From an uncultured bacterium (GTDB lineage: Bacteria; Auribacterota; Auribacteria; Auribacterales; Auribacteraceae), in NCBI GenBank assembly GCA_964451165.1, contig CAYVGJ010000002.1, positions 97,338 to 161,337 of the forward strand: a stretch of 64,000 nt of DNA, in the 5' to 3' direction. The notes under the pieces were generated by a model. It was not told the origin of the DNA and searched no databases. It worked only from the letters and a program-made list of their open reading frames with translations. How positions within the stretch are numbered: position 1 is the first letter of the stretch; each line of letters opens with the position of its first letter. The position numbers and the translations under genes are program-made. Positions 39,795-49,440 of this stretch are shown here, piece after piece.

Positions 39795-40825
39795 ATAATC
39801 TATATAATCATTACTCGTGTATTATCAATAAGTTTCCCGCAATAAAAGTTGGGGTTGTAGGTGACATAATCGCCGATGTGTTCATGTATGGAAAACCGTA
39901 TCATTTATCAAGAGAAGCTCCTGTTGTGGTTATAAAACATGAATCGCAAAAAGTTATACCCGGAGGCGCGGCGAATACGGTGAATAACCTGATTAAACTT
40001 GGGGCAAAAGTTTATCCGATAGGTCTAATTGGAGATGATGCGCAGGGACACGCTTTACTTGAATATTTCAGTAAAGAAGGTACAGAAGTATCCGGGATAT
40101 TAAGAGTTCCGGGCAGAAATACAATAACAAAAATGCGTATTATGGCTGGAAGCACACATACATCAAAACAACAGGTTTTAAGGGTAGACTATGATCCAAG
40201 TAAATCCATAGATTCAAAAACAGAATTAAAAATTTTGGATTATCTGGATAGTATTATCGAAAAACTCGATGGGGTTATTGTATCCGATTATAATTATGAT
40301 GTTTTCTCTCAACGGATAATCGATAAAATTCTCGAGATATCTAAACGGAAACTTGTTGTGGTTGATTCTCACGATAAACTGCCGCTGTTTAATGGTGTTT
40401 CGATAATTACCCCGAACGAAGAAGAAGCTTATAAAACCTCCAGCTTCAATCATCTGGATAAAACAGACGATATACTGAAAGTCGGTGAAAAATTAATGGA
40501 TATCGTTCAACCCAAAATCGGTGTTCTCGTAACACGCGGAAATGAGGGAATGATGGTATTTGAAAAAGGAGAAATACCTCTGCATATTCCAATTTCCGGT
40601 TCAGATGACGTAACCGATGTGACCGGAGCCGGCGATACAGTTGTGAGCCTTCTAACATTATCACTCCTTGCGGGAGCTAATTTTGCTGATGCGGCAAGAA
40701 TAGCAAACTATGCCGCCGGTATAGTTGTTATGAAAAGCGGTACCGCTACAACTAATCCTGATGAATTAAAAGATTTTATAAAAAGGTGTCTAAATGAGAA
40801 AATTACAGACGTTGAGTTCGCTTAA
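39791..40825 (+). CDS. hldA: D-glycero-beta-D-manno-heptose-7-phosphate kinase (RfaE domain I / HldA-like, PfkB family)
   Basis: VGVVGDIIADVFMYGKPYHLSREAPVVVIKHESQKVIPGGAANTVNNL and the C-terminal TGAGDTVVS PfkB motif. ATGA overlap with the upstream gene. Confidence 0.75.
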   Translation: MNNLYNHYSCIINKFPAIKVGVVGDIIADVFMYGKPYHLSREAPVVVIKHESQKVIPGGAANTVNNLIKLGAKVYPIGLIGDDAQGHALLEYFSKEGTEVSGILRVPGRNTITKMRIMAGSTHTSKQQVLRVDYDPSKSIDSKTELKILDYLDSIIEKLDGVIVSDYNYDVFSQRIIDKILEISKRKLVVVDSHDKLPLFNGVSIITPNEEEAYKTSSFNHLDKTDDILKVGEKLMDIVQPKIGVLVTRGNEGMMVFEKGEIPLHIPISGSDDVTDVTGAGDTVVSLLTLSLLAGANFADAARIANYAAGIVVMKSGTATTNPDELKDFIKRCLNEKITDVEFA

Positions 40826-41285
40826 AGATATTTTAGCAAAAGAGAAATCCAATGGTAAAACAGTTGTGTTTACCAACGGGTGTTTTGATATTCTGCATGT
40901 CGGCCATATCCGTTGCCTGAAAGACGCGAAATCACTCGGTGATATTCTGATTGTAGCCGTAAACAGCGATCAGTCCGTTATTGGCAATAAAGGAGCTCAC
41001 AGGTTGTTTTATCCTGAATCCGAAAGGGTTGAGATTCTTGAAGCAATCGAATATATTGATTATATTCTCCTTTTTTCCGACAGTACCGTAGATAATATAT
41101 TGCTTGAACTTAAACCCGATTATCACGCCAAAGGTACCGATTATACCGTCGATAATGTCCCGGAAAGGGAAACCGTTCTCAGTTACGGCGGAAAAATCGC
41201 TATAGTAGGCGATCCGAAAAATCATTCCAGCTCGGAAGTCAAATCAAAATTAAAAAAAGACATTCTTGTCCCCAATGAAAAATAA
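40794..41285 (+). CDS. hldC: D-glycero-beta-D-manno-heptose-1-phosphate adenylyltransferase (RfaE domain II / HldC-like)
   Basis: VVFTNGCFDILHVGHIRCLKDAKSLGDILIVAVNSDQSV is the cytidylyltransferase-fold HxGH motif. It overlaps the kinase gene by 32 nt in a different frame. Confidence 0.8.
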   Translation: MRKLQTLSSLKDILAKEKSNGKTVVFTNGCFDILHVGHIRCLKDAKSLGDILIVAVNSDQSVIGNKGAHRLFYPESERVEILEAIEYIDYILLFSDSTVDNILLELKPDYHAKGTDYTVDNVPERETVLSYGGKIAIVGDPKNHSSSEVKSKLKKDILVPNEK

Positions 41286-42762
41286 TTCGGATCATTTAAA
41301 ACATCTGGTTATTGATTTCTTGAACTGTAAAGAGAAAATTCTCGTCAGGGATGCTCACAACAGACAGGTTTATCGATTCAGCGATACTAACGGGCAGGGA
41401 TATTATATTAAGTTATATACCAGTGGATTGATATCAAAAATTAAAGTTATACATGAAGTTAAATATCATAATTATTTGATAAAAAGAGGTGTTGCTCTTC
41501 CGCAAATAATCGGCTCAACAATTTTTATTGATCGCGATGGCAAAAAGAAAATAGTTGTGTTCAGCAAAGAAGCAGATGGAATTCCGCTGACTGAATCCAA
41601 TATCTGCAATGATCCCCATAAATTCTTGGATATCTTTCATTTGCTAATAAAATTCCTTGCGGATAATTACAAAAAAGGAATCATGCATAACGATTTACAT
41701 CTTGGCAACATTTTATGGGATGAAAGTAAAAAAAAATTCATTTTTGTAGATTCGAAAAAAATAAAATATAAATATTTTCTTAATAATAAGGAAATTATAA
41801 AAAATTTTAGTCTTCTTTTTTTGGCTTTTGACAAAATGCCATGGTTTAACCTGAGCATTTGGAATAAATTCCTGAATCTGTTTTTCGGGCAATGCGGTGT
41901 AGATAATAAATATATGTTTTATGCAGAACAAGTTAGGATGCTATTATTTAAGAAATGGATTAAGAAAAGAACAGATAGATGTTTTCGTGAAAATACCGAT
42001 TTTTCAGTATACAAAAGAAACGGTGTTTATGGTATTTGTCAAAAAAAATTCAATTCGTTTAATGGGCAAAACAATATTTTTGAGTATCTCGGGGCAATTT
42101 TTGAATCGGATAAGACAAAGTTTATTAAAAATTCCAACACAACGGCTGTAGTAAAATTAAATATTGCTGGTAAAGAAGTAGTCGTGAAAAAATTTAAAGT
42201 GAAACGTGTTTTTGATCCGTTAAAAAATATTTTTAGGAAATCACGCGGGTATCGTTGCTGGAAATGGAGCTGGATGTTGAATTTAAATAAATTTCCCGTT
42301 CCTGAGCCATTGTTCTTTTTTGAAAAACGTAAATTCGGTTTGTTAAAAGAAAGTTATTTTGCCGCTGAATTTTGTTCACAGACAAAAACTGTTACGGATT
42401 ATATAAATACAACAGAACATTTTAACCGGACAACATTTATAAATAGTTTTGCGCAATTCCTGAACGAATTTATTGAAAACGATTTATGCCATAATGATTT
42501 TCAGTTGAAAAACATACTTGTAAAAGAAGATAATGGGAAATATAATTTCTATCTTATAGATCTCGAATCTATCGGCGGTAAAATCAAAAATAGAGATAAA
42601 AAAGTCTGGTTTTATCTCAAATATCTTAAAAAATCTTTTTTGCGGCTTAAAAATCCGTCACTGTTTACAAATCGAGAGATAATTTTATTTGTAAGAAAAA
42701 TTATGTTTAATATAAAACCAAATCATAACAAAATTTTAGGGTTTATGCATAAAAATGGGTAA
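41275..42762 (+). CDS. Protein with two tandem lipopolysaccharide-kinase (Kdo/WaaP/RIO-like) domains. The start is placed at the ATG at 41275.
   Basis: Domain 1 has IMHNDLHLGNILWDE...FIFVDSKKI. Domain 2 has LCHNDFQLKNILVKED...FYLIDLESIG. Both carry the H-x-D...N catalytic-loop and D-containing metal-loop patterns of Kdo/heptose kinases. Confidence 0.55.
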   Translation: MKNNSDHLKHLVIDFLNCKEKILVRDAHNRQVYRFSDTNGQGYYIKLYTSGLISKIKVIHEVKYHNYLIKRGVALPQIIGSTIFIDRDGKKKIVVFSKEADGIPLTESNICNDPHKFLDIFHLLIKFLADNYKKGIMHNDLHLGNILWDESKKKFIFVDSKKIKYKYFLNNKEIIKNFSLLFLAFDKMPWFNLSIWNKFLNLFFGQCGVDNKYMFYAEQVRMLLFKKWIKKRTDRCFRENTDFSVYKRNGVYGICQKKFNSFNGQNNIFEYLGAIFESDKTKFIKNSNTTAVVKLNIAGKEVVVKKFKVKRVFDPLKNIFRKSRGYRCWKWSWMLNLNKFPVPEPLFFFEKRKFGLLKESYFAAEFCSQTKTVTDYINTTEHFNRTTFINSFAQFLNEFIENDLCHNDFQLKNILVKEDNGKYNFYLIDLESIGGKIKNRDKKVWFYLKYLKKSFLRLKNPSLFTNREIILFVRKIMFNIKPNHNKILGFMHKNG

Positions 42763-44404
42763 TTCTATTGTAATAAATGATGATTATGCAGATTTATTAG
42801 CGGAAAACGGATTGTCCTCGCTTGACAATTTTTTTAAATTCCATTTGGGTAAAGTAGTGGATAGGAACAGTAAAAGATGCGTATACAGGTTTAGTTTGTA
42901 TGATAAAACAAATGGATGTGATCGGATATTTTATCTGAAAGTTTTCAGTAAGGCATCGTTTAATAATGCGGTTTCTTCAATATATAATTTCGGTAGACCA
43001 AAATCTCAGGCAAAAATTGAATGGGATAATGCTAATTTGCTTATTGAAAATGGATTTCGCTCAGTTCCACTTGTAGCCTGTGGAGAAAAAACGGTTTTTG
43101 GGTTTGAAAATAAATCGTTTTTCTTATCTGAAGAAATATCGGATTCCGTTTCTCTTGATGTTTTTTTTGAAAACAAATCTGTTGATCCGGAGACGAGAAA
43201 AAATGTTCTTGTTAATCTTGCTGGCGAAATAAGAAAACTTCATGAATCCGGATTCTCTTATCCCGACCTTTACCTGAAACATATTTTCATAAATATAAAG
43301 AAACTTGAAAATAATGAAGTTGCTTTTTCTTTTATTGATTTGCACAGGCTGGTAAAAAAGCAAAATGCTTCTTTTTATGACAGGATCAGGGATCTGTCAT
43401 CATTGAGATTTTCTTGTACCGCTGTTTTATCTGATAGCGAAAATGATTTGTGGCAAAACACATATTTGGAAAATATAAAAAATCGGCAATTGTGGATCAA
43501 TGCATTTTATAAACGAATTAATAAAATCAGCGCGAGGCGTTCTTCGTATAAAGGAATTCTTACCAGAAAGATAGAAAATGAAAACGGAATTTTGTATATA
43601 AACGAAGATTTTTATGATTTATTTTGTCAAAACGGAATAAAAGATTTTAAATCGTTATTTAATTATAAAATGGATAAAGATAAATTAACCGATAATCCGG
43701 GCAGGACTGTAGAGCGTTTCAGATTAGGTTGTGAGAAAAACGAATTGGTTTTTTATATAAAAAAACATACATGTACAAAAAAAACGGATTATAAATTGAG
43801 TAAACTCAGGGAAGAAGCGGAAATAGAATGGAAAAATCATCTTTTATGCGAAAAAATTTCTATTCCGGTTCCGCTGGTTGTTGCTTGGGGGTATGGTGGA
43901 ACGAAGTCTTTGTTTGTTACTCTTGAGGTTAAAGACTCATTTTCGCTTGAGCATATATTGAAAAATGATTTGCTACCAAAAGAACGCTTTGAGAAAAATA
44001 TAATTATTCAAAATATCGCGTTTTTAGCCAAGACGCTTCATGAGAAAGATTATTGTCACAAAGATTTTTATGCGGGGCATATTCTTATTAAAACTCAATT
44101 GGTCAATAATCTGAAAGACGTTGAGTTCTATCTTATAGATTTACAGAGGATAAAGAAATGCAATTATATGAAACTCAGATGGAAAATAAAGGATCTCGCG
44201 CAATTGAATTTTACCACGGAAACCAAATCCGTGACAAAAAAAGACCGAATTAAATTCCTCCATTATTATTTCGGGGTAAATAAATTAAACAAAAATCAGA
44301 GGAATTTTCTTAATGCGGTTGAGGCTAAAACAAACCGCATAAGAAGGCATATACCGAGAGTTCTTAGACGCAAAAATATATTTTCCTGGGACCAGATATC
44401 ATAA
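42755..44404 (+). CDS. Second protein with two tandem lipopolysaccharide-kinase-like domains. The catalytic-loop Asn is replaced by His in both.
   Basis: Domain 1 has FSYPDLYLKHIFINI...AFSFIDLHRL. Domain 2 has YCHKDFYAGHILIKT...FYLIDLQRI. There is an 8-nt overlap with the upstream paralog. Confidence 0.5.
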   Translation: MGNSIVINDDYADLLAENGLSSLDNFFKFHLGKVVDRNSKRCVYRFSLYDKTNGCDRIFYLKVFSKASFNNAVSSIYNFGRPKSQAKIEWDNANLLIENGFRSVPLVACGEKTVFGFENKSFFLSEEISDSVSLDVFFENKSVDPETRKNVLVNLAGEIRKLHESGFSYPDLYLKHIFINIKKLENNEVAFSFIDLHRLVKKQNASFYDRIRDLSSLRFSCTAVLSDSENDLWQNTYLENIKNRQLWINAFYKRINKISARRSSYKGILTRKIENENGILYINEDFYDLFCQNGIKDFKSLFNYKMDKDKLTDNPGRTVERFRLGCEKNELVFYIKKHTCTKKTDYKLSKLREEAEIEWKNHLLCEKISIPVPLVVAWGYGGTKSLFVTLEVKDSFSLEHILKNDLLPKERFEKNIIIQNIAFLAKTLHEKDYCHKDFYAGHILIKTQLVNNLKDVEFYLIDLQRIKKCNYMKLRWKIKDLAQLNFTTETKSVTKKDRIKFLHYYFGVNKLNKNQRNFLNAVEAKTNRIRRHIPRVLRRKNIFSWDQIS

Positions 44405-44405
44405 A

Positions 44406-45602
44406 ATGCAACAGCAAAAATTAAAGATAGCATTCAACATCGATCATTTTTTGCCTCAAAGGGGAGGAGCTGAAAGATATCTTTTCGATCTGGTTCGGTT
44501 TCTTCTCAAAGAAGGGCATCAAATTCATATATTTGCCATGGACGGAGAAGAAATAATCCCGAAAAATACCCGTAATTTTGTGTTTCATAAGATTCCCCAT
44601 ATTAAATTCACAAGATGGATGAAATCTTTAAGTTTTGTGGTCATGTCCTCTTATATGATAAAGAAGGAAAAATTCGATATTGTTCAGGTACTGGGTAAAA
44701 ATTTGACCATGGATGTTTTTCAGCCTCATGGAGGGTCTCACAGGGCATCGTTCAGGCAGAACGTTCTTGCGTTCAGCGAAAATCCCTTGATTAGAGCTAT
44801 CTACGCTTTTTTTCGTGTGATGGATCCAAAAACGTTGCTGTTTTATATTATTGAATGGTGTCAATTTCATGCTGGAAAATATCCGGAAATATTATGTATA
44901 TCAAAACTGGTTATGAATGATTTAAGAAGATATTATCATGTGCCGGATAAAAGAATGCATCTTATATACAACGGTGTGGACGGCGAAAAGTTTTCTCTGG
45001 AAACAAGAAGGGAATGGCGCGATATCTCACGAAGAGAATTAAATGTTGTGAACGAGAAAGTGATTTTGTTTATTGGGCATAATTTCAAATTGAAAGGCTT
45101 GAAATATTTTATTGAATCACTGGCTATTATACGTAAATCAAATCCTGACATTAAATTGAAAGCGTTTATTCTCGGAAAAGGAAAAGCGGAAAAGTATCTG
45201 GATTTAATAAATAATCTGAACCTGAAAGATATATGCGTTTTCACAACCGCGGACAGGATTGAGAAATATTATTGCGCGGCTGATTTGCTTATTCAGCCTA
45301 CTTTTTACGATCCTTGTTCACTGGTTGTTTTGGAAGCATTGTCTTGTGGTGTACCGGTTATTACCACTTCATTCAACGGAGCGGGGGAATTGATCGAGAA
45401 GGGAATTACCGGAGATGTTGTGTCAAACCCGAGAGATATTTCTGAAATAGCGGCTTCGTCACAACATTTCTTAAAAAAAACCGATATTGAGAAAATTGCT
45501 TTTCTTGCAAATCAATCCGTAAACCAATATAATAATGAAACTGTTCACAAACGGCTTTTAAAATTCTATTTTGATTATATAGAAAATAAACTGGAAAAAT
45601 AA
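44406..45602 (+). CDS. Glycosyltransferase family 4
   Basis: DPCSLVVLEALSCGVPVITTSFNGAGELI is the GT4 E-x7-E region, in GT-B two-domain organisation. Confidence 0.7.
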   Translation: MQQQKLKIAFNIDHFLPQRGGAERYLFDLVRFLLKEGHQIHIFAMDGEEIIPKNTRNFVFHKIPHIKFTRWMKSLSFVVMSSYMIKKEKFDIVQVLGKNLTMDVFQPHGGSHRASFRQNVLAFSENPLIRAIYAFFRVMDPKTLLFYIIEWCQFHAGKYPEILCISKLVMNDLRRYYHVPDKRMHLIYNGVDGEKFSLETRREWRDISRRELNVVNEKVILFIGHNFKLKGLKYFIESLAIIRKSNPDIKLKAFILGKGKAEKYLDLINNLNLKDICVFTTADRIEKYYCAADLLIQPTFYDPCSLVVLEALSCGVPVITTSFNGAGELIEKGITGDVVSNPRDISEIAASSQHFLKKTDIEKIAFLANQSVNQYNNETVHKRLLKFYFDYIENKLEK

Positions 45603-45605
45603 AAG

Positions 45606-47027
45606 ATGATTTATTCTATTAGAAAACATGAACATACTTTATTTTCGGCATTATTGAATTTTTCGGATTTCTGCGCGATAATTTTTAGTTTTATATCCGC
45701 ATATTTCATAAGGTTTTATTCAATATTTGAGGCGCCAAAAGGGATACCGAATTTCAACGCTTATATACATATGGTTATACCTGTTTCAATTATGTATCTG
45801 ATAATTTTTGAGCGTCTTGGTATCTATAAACCGAAAAATGATCCGTTTCATCTCGGGGAAATTTATTCGGTAATAAAGGGAGTTCTTATAGGCAGTCTTA
45901 TAATAATGTCCGCTACTTTTTTATACAGGGAATTCGAGTATTCCAGAGGAGTGATGCTTCTCGGGTTTATTATTCTGATTATGACTCTCGTGGCAGAAAA
46001 AATCACGATCAGGTCACTTCAGGCAAAATTAAGAGCATATGGGTTTTTATTGCGGAAAATTCTGATTGTCGGTACAGGAAATCAAGCGCGGCAATATTAC
46101 GATATAATAAAAAATAAACCTACTCTTGGTTATTTTCCGGTTGGATTACTTGCGGAAAATGCGGAAAACAATGATTGTTCATTGAATAGCGATAACTTGT
46201 CGGTTAAAGAAAAAATTCTTGGTTCAATTGATGATATTGAGGAAATAATACGCAAACATAATATTGATGAAGTTGTAATCGCGCTTCCTTCAGAATTGCA
46301 TGAAAAAATAATTGATATAATAATCCATTGCGAGAAAGAAATTGTAAAATTTAAAATATTGCCCGATATTTTTGAGATTCTAATTACCAAAATGACTATA
46401 GAGGAAGTAGAAGGTATTCCGTTTGTCACGTTAAAAGAAACTCCATTGATGTCCTGGCGGTATTTTATTAAAAGGTGGTTTGATGTTATTTGTTCAGGGT
46501 TGGGGCTTATTGCCTTAAGCCCGTTTATGATGATAATCGCGCTCGCGGTAAAAAAGGATTCGCCGGGCCCGATTTTTTATAAACAGGAACGAATGGGCAT
46601 TGACGGTAAAGTATTTAATATGTTTAAGTTCAGGACAATGAGAATCGATGCTGAAGATAAAACCGGGCCTGTATGGGCAACCAGCGATGATAACAGAAAA
46701 ACAAAAGTCGGAAACTTCCTGCGCAAAACAAATCTTGATGAACTTCCCCAGCTTTTTAATGTATTTAGAGGCGATATGAGCCTTGTAGGCCCTCGACCGG
46801 AAAGACCGTTCTTCGTGCATAAATTTAAAGAAAATATACCGCATTATATGAGCAGGCATAGAGTGAAATCCGGTATTACCGGCTGGGCACAGGTTAACGG
46901 TTTAAGAGGTAATACCTCCCTTGAGGAAAGAATAAAGTATGATATTTATTATATTGAAAACTGGTCTCTGCTTTTAGATATAAAAATTTTACTGATGACA
47001 TTTTTCGCAAATAAAAACGCTTATTGA
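45606..47027 (+). CDS. Undecaprenyl-phosphate sugar phosphotransferase (WbaP/WcaJ-type polyisoprenyl-phosphate glycosyl-1-phosphate transferase)
   Basis: N-terminal TM helices plus the C-terminal catalytic domain: [42 protein letters not shown]...KFRTM...[24 protein letters not shown]. Confidence 0.8.
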   Translation: MIYSIRKHEHTLFSALLNFSDFCAIIFSFISAYFIRFYSIFEAPKGIPNFNAYIHMVIPVSIMYLIIFERLGIYKPKNDPFHLGEIYSVIKGVLIGSLIIMSATFLYREFEYSRGVMLLGFIILIMTLVAEKITIRSLQAKLRAYGFLLRKILIVGTGNQARQYYDIIKNKPTLGYFPVGLLAENAENNDCSLNSDNLSVKEKILGSIDDIEEIIRKHNIDEVVIALPSELHEKIIDIIIHCEKEIVKFKILPDIFEILITKMTIEEVEGIPFVTLKETPLMSWRYFIKRWFDVICSGLGLIALSPFMMIIALAVKKDSPGPIFYKQERMGIDGKVFNMFKFRTMRIDAEDKTGPVWATSDDNRKTKVGNFLRKTNLDELPQLFNVFRGDMSLVGPRPERPFFVHKFKENIPHYMSRHRVKSGITGWAQVNGLRGNTSLEERIKYDIYYIENWSLLLDIKILLMTFFANKNAY

Positions 47028-47028
47028 T

Positions 47029-47973
47029 ATGGATATATCTTTTATTATTGTTAACTGGAATACGGCTGATTTACTCTTTAATTGCATAAAATCAATTAAA
47101 GACACAATATCTGGATATGAATATGAGATTATTCTTGTCGATAACGGTTCTATCGATAACAGCATCTCGCTTATAAAAACTAAATTCCCGCAAACCATAA
47201 TTATCCCTAATACCAAAAACCAGGGGTTTTCACGCGCTGTAAATCAGGGAATAAAAATATCAAATGGCGATTTTGTATGTTTGTTGAATACGGATGCCGT
47301 TTTGATGCCCGGAGCGGTTGCAACTTTAATTGGTTACCTCAAAGAAAATAAAAAAGCAGGTGTTTGCGGTGGACAGTTAATATTTGAGGATGGAAGAAAA
47401 CAGAATTCTTTCGATAACTATCCCAATTTATTTACCGAACTTACAAATAAAAGTCTGTTGAGAATTTTAATGCCTCAAAGGTTTCCAAGTAAAATAAAAG
47501 AATATAACCTGCCTATTAACGTTGAGTCGATTATCGGTGCTTGCATGATGATTAAACGTGAATGTATAAATAAAGTTGGTCTACTTGATGAAAACTATTT
47601 CTTTTTCCTTGAAGAAACAGATTGGTGTTACAGAATAAACCGGGCAGGTTACGATATCGTGTTTGTCCCATCAGCGAAGATAGTGCACCTTCAGGGAAAA
47701 TCCGCTAAAAAAGTTAATATTAAAAGCAGAATGGAATTTTTTTATTCAAGATATCTTTTTTTTATAAAAAATCGATCGAAAATCTCTTTTTTGATATTAT
47801 TTGTTTTTAATTTTATAAAATGTTTGGTAAAAAGTATAGTTTACTCTATTTTTTGTTTGTTTACATTATTCCTGTATCAAAAAGTAAAAGGAAAATTATT
47901 GTTAAGCCTCAATCTTGTGGCGGGACATGTTTTGTTTTTCCCGCCGAAAATGCGTCTGGAAGGCAATAAATGA
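47029..47973 (+). CDS. Glycosyltransferase family 2
   Basis: DISFIIVNWNTADLL...EIILVDNGSIDNS...LNTDAVL (DxD) is the GT-A fold signature. A C-terminal TM helix is present. Confidence 0.7.
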   Translation: MDISFIIVNWNTADLLFNCIKSIKDTISGYEYEIILVDNGSIDNSISLIKTKFPQTIIIPNTKNQGFSRAVNQGIKISNGDFVCLLNTDAVLMPGAVATLIGYLKENKKAGVCGGQLIFEDGRKQNSFDNYPNLFTELTNKSLLRILMPQRFPSKIKEYNLPINVESIIGACMMIKRECINKVGLLDENYFFFLEETDWCYRINRAGYDIVFVPSAKIVHLQGKSAKKVNIKSRMEFFYSRYLFFIKNRSKISFLILFVFNFIKCLVKSIVYSIFCLFTLFLYQKVKGKLLLSLNLVAGHVLFFPPKMRLEGNK

Positions 47974-49049
47974 AATTAAATGGCGATGAAAAAATTCTAA
48001 TTATAAAACCGAGCGCGATAGGAGATATACTCCATTCGATGCCTTTTCTTTATAGATTAAAAAAAGTTTACCCGAAAATAAAGGTTTCATGGGTGGTAAA
48101 CAGGGAATACGCCGATTTATTAGAAGGTAACGAGTTGATAGATAAGATTTATATCTTTGAGCGCAAAAAATGGGGAAAAAAAAGAAGTTTTTTTTATACC
48201 TTAAAAGAATTTTTCAATTTCACTAACGAAATAAAAAATAATAAATACGATTTGGTAATCGATCTACAGGGATTATTAAGAAGCGGTCTGATAACATATT
48301 TAGCAGGAGTGAAAAAGAGAATCGGATTAAGTGATTCGAGGGAATTCAGCAGGCTGTTTTATAATCATATTGTAAATGTATGTGATAAAAAAAGACACGC
48401 GGTAGACAGGTATCTTCTTGTATCATCGTATATTGGAATAGATGGAATTCATACCAAGCAGATACGGTTTCCGATAAAATGGGGTGTTTGCGCGGATAAA
48501 AAAATAGATAAATTCTTTGAGAACAATAAAATAAATAACGGTGATCTGAAAATAGCTATAAATCCGATATCAAGATGGCAATCCAAATGTTGGATACCTG
48601 AAAAATATGCTCAGCTTGCCGATTATATGATCGAATCAATGGGTGCAAAAGTTATTTTTGTCGGGGCGAAATCCGATCAGGAAAACGTTAACCGAATATT
48701 AGGGTTGATGAAAAACAAACCGATATCGGCTGTTGGTGAAACGTCTCTTCAGGAACTTGCCGCTCTTTTAAAAAGAATGGATCTGATGGTTACAAATGAT
48801 TCAGGCCCTATGCATATGGCTGTTGCTGTGGATATACCTGTGGTGGCGATATTCGGCCCGACTGATCCGCAATTAACAGGACCTTATGGCGATAATAATT
48901 TTGTGTTAAAAAAAACAACGAAATGCAATACCTGTTTTAAAAAAACATGTAAATATAAGTATTGTATGAATCTTATTTCTGTTGAAGAAGTGGTTTCGGC
49001 TATACAAATACTGATTGAGAAATCAAGAACCGGAATAAAGTCAAATTAA
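47970..49049 (+). CDS. Glycosyltransferase family 9 (heptosyltransferase, WaaC/WaaF/WaaQ-like)
   Basis: ILIIKPSAIGDILHSMPFLYRLKKVYPKIKVSWVV and the C-terminal ...MVTNDSGPMHMAVAVDIPVVAIFGPTDP. ATGA overlap. Confidence 0.75.
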   Translation: MKLNGDEKILIIKPSAIGDILHSMPFLYRLKKVYPKIKVSWVVNREYADLLEGNELIDKIYIFERKKWGKKRSFFYTLKEFFNFTNEIKNNKYDLVIDLQGLLRSGLITYLAGVKKRIGLSDSREFSRLFYNHIVNVCDKKRHAVDRYLLVSSYIGIDGIHTKQIRFPIKWGVCADKKIDKFFENNKINNGDLKIAINPISRWQSKCWIPEKYAQLADYMIESMGAKVIFVGAKSDQENVNRILGLMKNKPISAVGETSLQELAALLKRMDLMVTNDSGPMHMAVAVDIPVVAIFGPTDPQLTGPYGDNNFVLKKTTKCNTCFKKTCKYKYCMNLISVEEVVSAIQILIEKSRTGIKSN

Positions 49050-49050
49050 A

Positions 49051-49419
49051 ATGATATCTGGTTGCGGTATCTATATATTTGAAAATAAGCGGATGGAAAG
49101 GAGCCGGACAAAGTTCGGTACCAAGATCTTTGAGAAATTTTTTACAGAACGTGAGATATCTTATTCCGGCAATAAAATTAGTTGGGCACAGCATCTTGGA
49201 GCGAGGTTCGCGGCGAAATGCGCATTGTTCCAGGCAATGAAGTGGCTGAAAGTGAGAGATTATACTTTAATTGAAATTAGGAAAGATAATCTTGGCGCTC
49301 CGTATTTTGAGGTTACGGGCGAAATAAATGAATATATTGGAAAAATGAGAATAAGCAGGATTAATTTGACTATTACTCATGTGAATGAATATTCAATAGC
49401 AAATGTAATTATGGAATAA
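49051..49419 (+). CDS. acpS: Holo-ACP synthase (AcpS)-like 4'-phosphopantetheinyl transferase with both canonical Mg2+ ligands substituted
   Basis: AcpS layout: MISGCGIYIFENKRM (compare MIyGIGlDIvEi), FTEREI...ARFAAKCALFQA (compare aRFAAKEAfsKA), and ITHVNEYSIANVIME. The positions of D8 and E58 are Y and C here. Confidence 0.5.
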   Translation: MISGCGIYIFENKRMERSRTKFGTKIFEKFFTEREISYSGNKISWAQHLGARFAAKCALFQAMKWLKVRDYTLIEIRKDNLGAPYFEVTGEINEYIGKMRISRINLTITHVNEYSIANVIME

Positions 49420-49440
49420 GCTTTTAAAAAGGAGAAAAAT

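Noticed and set aside
39791-41285. hldE split into two overlapping ORFs in different frames as a possible frameshifted pseudogene
   Set aside because: Both parts have their own ATG. The kinase ORF ends with a normal C-terminus. Separate hldA and hldC genes are the normal arrangement in many non-enteric bacteria. The 32-nt overlap is consistent with translational coupling.
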